NCBI GenBank assembly: GCA_903919065.1
Contig: CAIXHD010000345.1
Location: 87,231 to 151,230 of the forward strand
DNA: 64,000 bases
Direction of reading: 5' to 3'
Origin: an uncultured Bacteroidota bacterium
Lineage (GTDB): Bacteria > Bacteroidota > Bacteroidia > Bacteroidales > UBA12481
Below, piece by piece: positions 28,389-37,385 of the stretch. The notes below the pieces were generated by a model. The model searched no databases. It was not told the origin of the DNA and saw only the letters and a program-made list of their open reading frames with translations. The translations under genes and the position numbers were made by a program. Position 1 is the first letter of the stretch. Each line of letters opens with the position of its first letter.

Positions 28389-30359
28389 ATGTCCAATAGA
28401 ACCAAAGTACTGATCGTCGACGATAAGGTTGAAAACCTTATCGCCCTTGAAAGGTTAATGGTGGAGTTCAATATTGAGCCTATCCGTGCATTATCTGGCA
28501 ATGAGGCACTTCAGTTAACTCTCTATAATGATTTTGCAATTGCCCTGATTGATGTTCAGATGCCCGACATGGATGGATTCGAAACGGTATCCCTGATGAG
28601 GCAGAATGAATCCACCAGGTATTTGCCGATCATCTTTGTTTCTGCCATATATCGGGAAGATTTCCATGTGATAAAGGGACTCGAATCTGGTGCAGTAGAT
28701 TTTATCACGAAACCTATCAATCCTGATATCCTAAAAGGGAAAATTCGGATATTTCTTGAGCTGCATGATCAAAAACTCAAGCTGGAATCAGAAATCAGCG
28801 AACGAATACGGGTGCAAAAATCATTGGAACAAAGCAATTATTTACTAAATACCCTGCTCCAATCTATTCCTGACATTGCCTTTTATAAGATTAACACCGG
28901 CGTTTTCAGCGGCTGCAACAAGTCATTTGAATTATTTTTCGGGTTGCAGGAAAACCAGATTTCCGGTAAATCCAACGAGGAAATATTCTCATCCGGGCTG
29001 GCTGCAGATTTGGGCAAATTGGAAGTTGAGCTGAGAAATTCCTTAAAAACAGTTGAAAAGGAACTTTGGGTAGAAGTTCAGGGAAAGAAAAAAGTATTGC
29101 TTGACTATCGAATCAATCCGATCTCTAATCAGGCAGGTGAACTTACTGGCATGATCGGAATTGCCCGGGATATAACAGAGCGGCACAATGATAAAGAAGC
29201 CTTGCGAAAAGCAAAAGATGATGCAGATACCGCTAACATGGCTAAATCGATGTTTCTGGCAAACATGAGCCATGAAATCAGAACTCCGATGAATGGGATC
29301 ATTGGGATGACGGATATCCTGATGGAAACTGAACTTAACCCCGAGCAAGTTGATTTTCTGCAGATTATAAAATTGTCAGGAGATAATCTTCTTGCAATAA
29401 TCAATGATATTCTTGACTTTTCGAAAGTAGAATCTGGTAAAATCAGTTTAGAAAAGATTGATTTTAACCTGGAAGAGAAAATCAATGAAACCATCAAGCT
29501 TTTAAACTTCCAGGCTCAGAAAAAGGGCCTCTATCTCAGGTGCAAAATACAGTCTGATGTTCCATCTGTTGTAGTTGGTGATCCACTGAGAACCAAACAG
29601 ATATTGATAAATCTCATTAATAATGCCCTGAAATTCACTTCTGAAGGCGGGGTTTATTCTGAGGTTTCGATCTTTGAACAGTCCAGTACTAAGGTAAAAC
29701 TGATGTTCAGGGTTGTTGATACCGGTCCGGGGATTTCAGAGGAAGGAAGATCGAAACTATTCAAATCCTTTTCGCAACTGGACGCTTCAGTTACAAGAAA
29801 ATTCGGTGGAACTGGTTTAGGATTAACCATAGCGAAACGTCTGGTGGAACTTATGCATGGGGAGATCGGCGTGGAAAGCGAAGTTGATAAGGGCTCAACG
29901 TTTTGGTTTACTGCAGAATTTGATCGTTCCAGCTCGATTAAGAATGATTCGGTTATTTTCACTCCTGAACATATATCACAAAACAGGAAATTAAAAGTTC
30001 TGCTGGCCGAGGATAATCCGGTCAACCAGCGCGTAGCCTTATATTACCTGACTAAAATGGGGCATAATGTTGACATAGCCGAGAATGGCAAGGAAGCCAC
30101 AACTTTGGCAACAGCCAACACTTATAATATTTTACTGATGGATATTCAGATGCCGGTAATGAGCGGTATTGAGGCTACCATAGCCATCAGGAAATGGGAA
30201 AAAATCGAACCCGAACATGGACATTTACCGATTATCGCCATGACAGCTGATGCACTTAAAGGTGACATGGAATATTTTCTGCAGGAAGGAATGAATGGTT
30301 ACATCAGCAAACCCTTTAAAATGAGCGATCTGGAATCTATATTAAGCCTTGCACGATAG
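28389..30359 (+). CDS. Hybrid kinase/response regulator: REC, PAS, HisKA, HATPase, REC
   Basis: 656 aa. Features are the N-terminal receiver (LIDVQMPDMDG), a PAS-like segment, the H-box MSHEIRTPMNG, DTGPGIS and GTGLGLTIAK, and the C-terminal receiver (LMDIQMPVMSG). Confidence 0.85.
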   Translation: MSNRTKVLIVDDKVENLIALERLMVEFNIEPIRALSGNEALQLTLYNDFAIALIDVQMPDMDGFETVSLMRQNESTRYLPIIFVSAIYREDFHVIKGLESGAVDFITKPINPDILKGKIRIFLELHDQKLKLESEISERIRVQKSLEQSNYLLNTLLQSIPDIAFYKINTGVFSGCNKSFELFFGLQENQISGKSNEEIFSSGLAADLGKLEVELRNSLKTVEKELWVEVQGKKKVLLDYRINPISNQAGELTGMIGIARDITERHNDKEALRKAKDDADTANMAKSMFLANMSHEIRTPMNGIIGMTDILMETELNPEQVDFLQIIKLSGDNLLAIINDILDFSKVESGKISLEKIDFNLEEKINETIKLLNFQAQKKGLYLRCKIQSDVPSVVVGDPLRTKQILINLINNALKFTSEGGVYSEVSIFEQSSTKVKLMFRVVDTGPGISEEGRSKLFKSFSQLDASVTRKFGGTGLGLTIAKRLVELMHGEIGVESEVDKGSTFWFTAEFDRSSSIKNDSVIFTPEHISQNRKLKVLLAEDNPVNQRVALYYLTKMGHNVDIAENGKEATTLATANTYNILLMDIQMPVMSGIEATIAIRKWEKIEPEHGHLPIIAMTADALKGDMEYFLQEGMNGYISKPFKMSDLESILSLAR

Positions 30360-30373
30360 AAAAATATTTTTTT

Positions 30374-30775
30374 ATGAGTAATCATAGTAAAGTTGAAATA
30401 CCCGACTGGACAGGAAAAAAAATCCTTATTGTTGAAGATGTTGAAACAAACATGCTCTTTTTTAAAGCTGCCCTATCCAAAACTAATGCTACCCTCCTCT
30501 GGGCCGCTGATGGTTTTGAATCGATTAAAATGTGTCAGGATGATTCTGACATCGAAATGGTTTTAATGGACCTGAGAATGCCGCGGCTGGATGGTTTTAA
30601 AGCTACGGAGGCCATTAAGTCTTTCCGTCCTGATTTACCTATCATCGCACAAACCACTTATACTGAAGATGTTGATACTGAGAGAATTTTTGAATCCGGT
30701 TGTGACGCCTACCTTCCAAAGCCAATCAGACTGGATGATCTGATCAATACTATGACAAGATTAATTAAACAGTGA
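30374..30775 (+). CDS. Single-domain (CheY-like) response regulator receiver
   Basis: 133 aa with acidic pocket VEDVE, phospho-acceptor context LMDLRMPRLDG, and conserved T (AQTTY) and K (LPKP). No output domain is present. Confidence 0.85.
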   Translation: MSNHSKVEIPDWTGKKILIVEDVETNMLFFKAALSKTNATLLWAADGFESIKMCQDDSDIEMVLMDLRMPRLDGFKATEAIKSFRPDLPIIAQTTYTEDVDTERIFESGCDAYLPKPIRLDDLINTMTRLIKQ

Positions 30776-30777
30776 TT

Positions 30778-32697
30778 CTACTTTAAACGAATAACCCTCA
30801 TTTCAGTTCTTCTGTTTAATCTTCTCCCCTCCTCCGTCTCATTGTTTGCTATTGGTATGGATTTGCCATAACCTTTAGAGGTCAGCTGGCGGGGATCTAT
30901 TCCTCTGTTAACAAGGTATTTCATCACTGATTCCGCCCGTTTCTGGCTGAGAATCAGGTTATGGTCATCTGTTCCTGTATTGTCAGTATATCCTGAAATT
31001 TCAATAACAATTCCAGGGTTTTGAATGAAGACTGAAAGGATTTCCTCCATATCCTTGTATGATTCCTTAAGAATTTCGTAAGAATTCAGCTCAAAAAAAG
31101 TATTCTGCAAGACAATCGAAGCACCTTCTTTTATTGGTTCAAGGTCAATTGAATGAGAAATTTTATTCAAGTTTGATGTTGAATCTCGAATAAAATACTG
31201 TGAATAAGGAAGATACCCATTGGCCGATGCTCCAATACGGTAAGCCTGCCTTTCAGGTATCCCTAAAAGAAAATTTCCGGTAGAAGGATCAGCCTCCACA
31301 CTACTGACCAAGGAATCACCATGAGGTTGAATATCAATTTTAGCGCTGACTGGTAACTTCGTTATTCGGTCCCGAACAATCCCGGAAATAGTTAATACAG
31401 AGTAGATTTTAATAAAATTACTAAGATTGGCCTGGTAAATATCCTTGCCGGTGAGGCTATCCCTGTCCGACATGAAAAGTCCTGAAGAAGAATGGGCATT
31501 TATGGTAATTGCATCCTCATCATGGAAAGTATTGATGCCATAACCAAGGTTTATCAGGGATGATGTTTCTGAAATATCAGTTAAATCGCCTTTGTACAAG
31601 TCAAATCCCCCCATTCCAACATGACCGTTTGATGCAAAAAACAAAGTTTTACCATCAACCAGGAGGACAGGTGACATTTCATCGCGTACTGAATTGATAA
31701 TCGGGCCCATATTTTGAGGATTCGACCAACTGCGATCAGGCTGCAAGGTACTCCTCCATATATCCATTCCGCCATATCCCCCAGGACGGTTGCTGGAGAA
31801 GTAAAGATTTTTACTGTCTTGAGCAAGAAACGGGGTAGATTCCCAATGTCCGGTATTTATAGGATTTCCAATGTTTATAGGGTCTGACCAACTATCTCCT
31901 GATTTTACACAATAATAGAGGTCGCACCCTCCTTTCGAATCCGGACGGCTGCAGGCAGTAAAAAACATGATCCGTCCATCCTGGCTCAGGCTTTGAGTTC
32001 CTTCATTTCTACCCGTATTAATCGGATTTGGAAAAGCTTTGGGAACTTCATAACAGGTATCCTTCCAAATGGAATAAAAGAGCTCCTCCTGACTTGTATG
32101 GCCGTTTAAAGCAGCCACTCTGGCCTGACGGGTAAACACCAGGGTAGAACCATCAATCGACAGACTAGGAAAATACTCATCATCAGAAGTGTTAATTGGG
32201 CCAGTCAGCTTTTTCGGCATTTCGGCAGGTTCATTCCTTATCTGATCCAATGCGAAATTTATGGATACTTTGAGCAATTTTGCCCGGGAGGGAATTCCGC
32301 TGGTATCAGTCACTAATCGCGTGTATTTATCATAATACGAGGCTGCTGCAGAATATTCTCCGCGGTTGAACATCTGCTCTGCAAGCCATCTGAAAGCAAT
32401 TGGATAGCCAGTGGAATCCAGTGCAACTATTTTAAGAAGTGCTGTCTCGTTTTTTGCCTGATCACCCGCATCACGATAAACCTGAGCATAAATCTTCCAG
32501 CTTTCAGTCCAATCAGGATATTGTTCTATCAGCTTATCTGACAGAACTTTAGCTGATTCGTAATCAAGTCTGATCCAGGCTTCCTTTGCCTTTTCGAGCT
32601 TCTTTTTAGCTACCGGGGAAACTTTACGACCAGCCTGCTGGGCGGATACCAGGCACGATAATAATAGAAAAGTGGTTAAAAAGAAGGACTTAAGCAT
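30778..32697 (-). CDS. OmpA-family outer-membrane-associated protein with TPR-like N-terminus and TolB/PD40-type repeats
   Basis: 639 aa with signal peptide MLKSFFLTTFLLLSCLVSAQQ. Repeats include DEYFPSLSIDGSTLVF, LYFSSNRPGGYGGMDIW and LFFASNGHVGMGGFDLY. The C-terminal OmpA peptidoglycan-binding domain has GYTDNTGTDDHNLILSQKRA and NRRTEMRV. Confidence 0.85.
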   Translation of the reverse strand: MLKSFFLTTFLLLSCLVSAQQAGRKVSPVAKKKLEKAKEAWIRLDYESAKVLSDKLIEQYPDWTESWKIYAQVYRDAGDQAKNETALLKIVALDSTGYPIAFRWLAEQMFNRGEYSAAASYYDKYTRLVTDTSGIPSRAKLLKVSINFALDQIRNEPAEMPKKLTGPINTSDDEYFPSLSIDGSTLVFTRQARVAALNGHTSQEELFYSIWKDTCYEVPKAFPNPINTGRNEGTQSLSQDGRIMFFTACSRPDSKGGCDLYYCVKSGDSWSDPINIGNPINTGHWESTPFLAQDSKNLYFSSNRPGGYGGMDIWRSTLQPDRSWSNPQNMGPIINSVRDEMSPVLLVDGKTLFFASNGHVGMGGFDLYKGDLTDISETSSLINLGYGINTFHDEDAITINAHSSSGLFMSDRDSLTGKDIYQANLSNFIKIYSVLTISGIVRDRITKLPVSAKIDIQPHGDSLVSSVEADPSTGNFLLGIPERQAYRIGASANGYLPYSQYFIRDSTSNLNKISHSIDLEPIKEGASIVLQNTFFELNSYEILKESYKDMEEILSVFIQNPGIVIEISGYTDNTGTDDHNLILSQKRAESVMKYLVNRGIDPRQLTSKGYGKSIPIANNETEEGRRLNRRTEMRVIRLK

Positions 32698-33320
32698 TAT
32701 GGTATGCCAATATATTTATGGGCCTGCAGTGACAATCTCCACTTTGGATTTGCCTCGATATAGCTAATAATTTCCTCCAGCATTTCGCCCTTGCGGCTCC
32801 ATTCGGGCTGTAAAAACAGATGACATTGCTTACCAACGTACCCGGCATTTTCCTCCGCCCACAAAAAATCCGCTGTTTTTTCAACAATGACTTTTAATTC
32901 ATTAGCTATAAGGTAATTATCATTAACCGGAGGAGATTGGATTTTTGGTGAAAGGCAAATCCAATCCCATTTCCCAGTCATTACATAAGCACCGGACGTT
33001 TCGATGAAAGTTCTGATGCCATAATTATGTAATCTGTCACACAGATATTCCAGCGGATACAGAGTTGGCTCACCACCAGTGACTACGACAGCCATCCCGG
33101 GGAATTTAGCTGCCCGCTCAACAACTTCGTCAACCTGTATTAACGGGTGAGCACCAAATGACCAACTGGCTTTGCTGTCGCACCAATTGCATCCGATATC
33201 GCAGCCGCCAATTCTTAAAAAATAGGCTGCAGTTCCCGTATGGTATCCTTCACCCTGCAGAGTATAAAACTCCTCCATCACAGGTAATAGCTGTCCTTTG
33301 TTGTATATATCGGTTATCAT
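32697..33320 (-). CDS. queE: 7-carboxy-7-deazaguanine synthase (radical SAM, queuosine pathway)
   Basis: 207 aa with LPVMEEFYTLQGEGYHTG, the radical-SAM cluster motif GGCDIGCNWCDSK and the C-terminal LSLQAHKYIGIP. Confidence 0.85.
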   Translation of the reverse strand: MITDIYNKGQLLPVMEEFYTLQGEGYHTGTAAYFLRIGGCDIGCNWCDSKASWSFGAHPLIQVDEVVERAAKFPGMAVVVTGGEPTLYPLEYLCDRLHNYGIRTFIETSGAYVMTGKWDWICLSPKIQSPPVNDNYLIANELKVIVEKTADFLWAEENAGYVGKQCHLFLQPEWSRKGEMLEEIISYIEANPKWRLSLQAHKYIGIP

Positions 33321-34615
33321 GTCTTATTTAATGAGGCAAATATACCTATAGCTCGTTCTCGGGCAAAGGTATGTTCAATGATCGGTTTCAGATAGGATTC
33401 TGCGGATGAATATTCAGGAAGCCATTTCCGGATATATTGTTCATTTGCATCAAAAGTCTGTTGTTGTCTTGCAGGACTGAATATCCTGAAATACGGTACC
33501 GCGTCACAACCCGAACTGGCAGCCCACTGCCATCCACCATTATTTGAAGCTAATTCATAATCAAGCAAATGCCCGGCAAAAAATGCCTCGCCCCATCGCC
33601 AGTCTATTAAAAGGTGTTTTGTCAGAAAGCTTGCTGTGATCATCCTCACCCGGTTGTGCATAAATCCGGTCTGTGTAAGTTGCCTCATACCAGCATCAAC
33701 CAAAGGATAACCGGTTTTACCGGCACACCATGCATCAAAGTCCTGCTCACGATTTAACCATCTCACGTTGTCATAAACCGGTTTAAATGAACGCGTAACC
33801 ACCTCAGGATGATGATAAAGGATCATTTGATAAAACTCCCTCCAGATCAATTCATTAAGGAATGTCTGGTTCAGCCGGTAAGCCAGTCTGGCTAGTTTTC
33901 GGACAGAAACTGTGCCAAACCTCAAATGAATTCCAAGGTGTGTGGTGGCATCAAGAGCAGGAAAATCCCGAACCTTGTCATACTTTTCGATGAGTTGGGT
34001 ATTGAATCCTGACACTGGGAATTCTGTTTGTTTCCAAACCATCTTCAGCGCTTCGGAATCAGGCATTTCCGTCGGCGGATGTTTTAACAAATTGTCCAAT
34101 AAATCTTCTGAAGGATAATTAGTTTCAGCATCTGACTTAAACCTTAACATCCAGTTTTTACTGTATGGAGTAAAAACATGGTAAGGCTTACCGTCCGGCT
34201 TGAGAATCTGTTTTGGAGCATAAATCACATGGTCATGAAAACGATGAAATCCGGCAGCATTGTGACTGCACAAATCTTCAATGGCTTTATCTCTTTCAAT
34301 AGAATAGGGTTCGTAATCGATACCTGCAAAAACGGACTCGATTTGGAATTGGCCGAATAACCGGACAAATACCTCTTCCGGCTTGCCATACATAACTAAA
34401 AGAGTGGAGCCGGCAGATTCAAACAAAAGCTTTAATTTACGAATCGTATCATATATAAATATCAAACGTTTATCATATGAATCCAAGCCGCTTAATATTT
34501 CTGCATCGAAAATAAAAACCGGCAACACCGGAAGTCCTGATTTCAGTGAATGAAACAAAGCAGAGTTATCATCAATTCTAAGATCTCTCCTCAACCAACA
34601 GATGCTTATTCCCAT
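33317..34615 (-). CDS. phr: Deoxyribodipyrimidine photolyase / cryptochrome-family flavoprotein
   Basis: 432 aa. The N-terminal ICWLRRDLRIDDNSAL and the FAD-binding C-terminus (NNGGWQWAASSGCDAVPYFRIFSP) are typical of class I/DASH photolyases. Confidence 0.85.
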   Translation of the reverse strand: MGISICWLRRDLRIDDNSALFHSLKSGLPVLPVFIFDAEILSGLDSYDKRLIFIYDTIRKLKLLFESAGSTLLVMYGKPEEVFVRLFGQFQIESVFAGIDYEPYSIERDKAIEDLCSHNAAGFHRFHDHVIYAPKQILKPDGKPYHVFTPYSKNWMLRFKSDAETNYPSEDLLDNLLKHPPTEMPDSEALKMVWKQTEFPVSGFNTQLIEKYDKVRDFPALDATTHLGIHLRFGTVSVRKLARLAYRLNQTFLNELIWREFYQMILYHHPEVVTRSFKPVYDNVRWLNREQDFDAWCAGKTGYPLVDAGMRQLTQTGFMHNRVRMITASFLTKHLLIDWRWGEAFFAGHLLDYELASNNGGWQWAASSGCDAVPYFRIFSPARQQQTFDANEQYIRKWLPEYSSAESYLKPIIEHTFARERAIGIFASLNKT

Positions 34616-34761
34616 AAGTCCGGTTTAACAATGATTTAACAAATTATGCTTAGCGTTCAATAAAAGGCAATTATACCTACTTATTCCTTAATCAGGACCC
34701 TAATGTGAACAAATCAGAATAACGGTTTAAAACAAATAATAGGTTAATTTTGTGCTGTACT

Positions 34762-34769
34762 TATCTTTG
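34762..34769 (+). promoter_or_regulatory. -7 promoter box TATCTTTG for the T9SS-cargo/FISUMP/Isf unit
   Basis: Exact TAnnTTTG match 22 nt upstream of ATG 34792. It lies inside the longer track ORF that starts at TTG 34750. Confidence 0.5.
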
Positions 34770-34791
34770 GAATTCAAGAATGAGACTCGTT

Positions 34792-35418
34792 ATGCGAAAA
34801 ATATTAATTATACTATTGATTGTCAACGGTTTTGCAAGCTCAACCTTTGGCCAGGGATTCATCCCAATGGTTTTAAATCAGCCTGCCTTACTTTCCGCAG
34901 TTGCTGGTCATGATACACTCTGCTGTAAAGGGCATCCTGTTGTTCTTGGCGGAACCCCTACTGCAACAGGAGGAAGCAGGTCATATGTCTACTTGTGGAC
35001 ACCTTCTGATGGGTTAGATAATCCAACCTCCTCCAATCCTACTGCAACCCTCTCTGAATCGATATCATATTCTTTAAGTGTTACTGACGGTAATGGTTGT
35101 CAAGCTATTAGTAGAGTTAAAGTTGAAATCACCCAATGCTTGGGTATTGATGAGAACAAGCTGAATCCCTTTCTTTCGGTTTTCCCTAATCCTTCCAACG
35201 GAATCTTTACGATTCATGGAATTGGTTCCTTCAGCAGCAGATTAAACAGTATAGAAGTACTCAATCAGCTTGGTCAGATTGTTTTTAAACGCAGCTTTGA
35301 AATGGGAGGCCCAGTGCCCGACCTGGAGATTGATACCAAGATCAGTGAGCCCGGAATTTACTTCCTCAGGGTTTCTTTATCGGACCGAATAGTTTCTCAA
35401 AAATTGATTGTACGCTAA
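34792..35418 (+). CDS. Small secreted protein with T9SS C-terminal sorting domain
   Basis: The start is set at ATG 34792, giving signal peptide MRKILIILLIVNGFASSTFG. It has an Ig/PKD-like module (YVYLWTPSDGL...SVTDGNGC) and a C-terminal Por-secretion-tail pattern (LSVFPNPSNGIFTI ... PGIYFLRVSL ... QKLIV). Confidence 0.75.
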   Translation: MRKILIILLIVNGFASSTFGQGFIPMVLNQPALLSAVAGHDTLCCKGHPVVLGGTPTATGGSRSYVYLWTPSDGLDNPTSSNPTATLSESISYSLSVTDGNGCQAISRVKVEITQCLGIDENKLNPFLSVFPNPSNGIFTIHGIGSFSSRLNSIEVLNQLGQIVFKRSFEMGGPVPDLEIDTKISEPGIYFLRVSLSDRIVSQKLIVR

Positions 35419-35430
35419 AGTAAGACGAAA

Positions 35431-36804
35431 ATGAAACGAATAATCATATTGCTCACATCATCCATATTAACGGTATCAGCTTTCAGCCAGCAAGCGGCTT
35501 GCAAGCATGATACCATAAATTTTTTCCAAGCCGGCTACCGGGGAATACTCACCTGGCAAACCTCGGCAAACGGGACTGACTGGACACCCATGGCGGGAAC
35601 TCAAAAGGACACCATTTCTATTATCGCTGATGGCACCGCATATTACAGGACACAGATTATTGAAGGATTATGCAAACCTGTCTACTCAGAAGTTGTTTAT
35701 TTGATTGTCAACGAGCTACCTCAAGTAAAACTTTCGCTAAAAGACTCAACCTGCGTAAATAGCAGCCCTTTCGTTCTTAACGGCGGTATCCCTTCAGGCG
35801 GTTCATATTGGGGAGATGGTGTGTACGACAGTAAGTATTGGCCGTCAGAAGCCGGACCGGGGGTTCATAAAGTTTATTACAGATACCGGAACCCTCTCAC
35901 TAATTGTGCCGATACAGCTTTTGCACTTATCGTTGTTGAGGATTTAGTTAACAAGGCACATGCAGGTACTGATGTTCCTTTTATTGCTGCAGATTCAGTT
36001 ATGCTGGAGGCTAATACTGCTGACAATGGAATTGGAACCTGGAGTATTGTCAGCGGAAAACATGGACATTTTTCGAATATTCATTCATCAAAGACTTGGT
36101 TTATTAAAGATTCCACCAACCTTAATTTTACATTAAGATGGTCTATTACAGGCAAATGCAGCAGTTCAACTGATGATGTTGAGGTAGCCTTTTTTCAACT
36201 CAGCAAACATCCTTGCCCGGGTGCACCCACGATGACTGATACTGATGGTAATATTTACCCCACGGTTCAAATCGGCAACCAGTGCTGGATGGGCAAAAAC
36301 CTTAATGTTGGCCGTTTTGTCATGAGCACGAAAAGCAGTCTTGAACACTCCGACCTTAGCAACAACGGTATTATTGAAAAGTATTGCCTCTTCAACAGTA
36401 CTGATAGCTGCAAACTCTACGGCGGATTGTACGATTTTGATGAAGCAATGGGGTATGTAACCACAGAAGGAGCCAAAGGAATATGCCCTGACGGCTGGCA
36501 CATTCCTTCCTATGAAGAGTGGGATATTCTTGACAGGAATTTTGTCTTTAACATAGCAGGTGAGGTTTTAAAAGTTAATGGACCAACCGGATTTGATGGA
36601 TATTTTGCTGGCTCCCGGAATGAACTCGGAGATTTTTACAGTAATGGTTCGAGCGCATTCTTCTGGGTATCTGGTACCTGGTTATACGACACTCTCGTTG
36701 AAGGTTATATTCGCAAATTAGCCGACTGTAATGGAATGATCGGGCAAAATCACTTCCCGAGGAAAACAGGAATAAGTGTCCGTTGCATAAAAAATAACAA
36801 TTAA
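35431..36804 (+). CDS. Secreted FISUMP-domain protein (Fibrobacter succinogenes major paralogous domain), paralogue A
   Basis: 457 aa with signal peptide MKRIIILLTSSILTVSAFSQQ. The C-terminal FISUMP signature is DTDGNIYPTVQIGNQCWMGKNLNV, YGGLYDFDEAM, CPDGWHIPSYEEWDIL and GISVRCIKN. Confidence 0.8.
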   Translation: MKRIIILLTSSILTVSAFSQQAACKHDTINFFQAGYRGILTWQTSANGTDWTPMAGTQKDTISIIADGTAYYRTQIIEGLCKPVYSEVVYLIVNELPQVKLSLKDSTCVNSSPFVLNGGIPSGGSYWGDGVYDSKYWPSEAGPGVHKVYYRYRNPLTNCADTAFALIVVEDLVNKAHAGTDVPFIAADSVMLEANTADNGIGTWSIVSGKHGHFSNIHSSKTWFIKDSTNLNFTLRWSITGKCSSSTDDVEVAFFQLSKHPCPGAPTMTDTDGNIYPTVQIGNQCWMGKNLNVGRFVMSTKSSLEHSDLSNNGIIEKYCLFNSTDSCKLYGGLYDFDEAMGYVTTEGAKGICPDGWHIPSYEEWDILDRNFVFNIAGEVLKVNGPTGFDGYFAGSRNELGDFYSNGSSAFFWVSGTWLYDTLVEGYIRKLADCNGMIGQNHFPRKTGISVRCIKNNN

Positions 36805-37385
36805 TGCCGAAAGTAGTAGCAATCAACGGAAGTCCCCGAATTAACGGCAATACGACTTCGCTTATCAATATGGTTTTCGAGGAACTGAACCAGCACAATA
36901 TTGAAACAGAAATGGTTCAAATCGGCTACCGTGATTTCACCGGCTGCAAAGCTTGTTATACCTGCCGAACGATGAAAAACAACTCATGCATGTACTATCA
37001 TGATGAGTTCAATGAAGTTTTTGCAAAGTGCATGGAAGCAGATGGCATTATCCTTGCTTCACCGGTTTATGTCGGGGGGATGACCGCACAATTGAAAACC
37101 TTCATTGATCGCGCCTGCATGGTTGATGGAGCCAATGGACATCCACTGAAACGAAAAATCGGAGCTTCGATAGTAGCAGTAAGGCGAAATGGTGCATTGG
37201 AAACCTTTAATGCCATCAATAATTTCTTCACCGTTTCGCAGATCATGATAGTCAGCTCAAGCTACTGGAACCAAGGCATTGGCAGAAATCCAGGGGAAGT
37301 TCTGAACGATGAAGAAGGGATCAGGACCATGAAAACTTTAGGAGAAAACATGGCCTGGCTTCTCGACAAGGTTACCAGAGCCTGA
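36804..37385 (+). CDS. Iron-sulfur flavoprotein-like NADPH-dependent FMN reductase
   Basis: 193 aa with a flavodoxin-like N-terminus VVAINGSPRINGNT and the compact Cys motif C-x2-C-x2-C-x7-C (GCKACYTCRTMKNNSC). Its ATG overlaps the FISUMP-A stop (TAATG). Confidence 0.75.
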   Translation: MPKVVAINGSPRINGNTTSLINMVFEELNQHNIETEMVQIGYRDFTGCKACYTCRTMKNNSCMYYHDEFNEVFAKCMEADGIILASPVYVGGMTAQLKTFIDRACMVDGANGHPLKRKIGASIVAVRRNGALETFNAINNFFTVSQIMIVSSSYWNQGIGRNPGEVLNDEEGIRTMKTLGENMAWLLDKVTRA

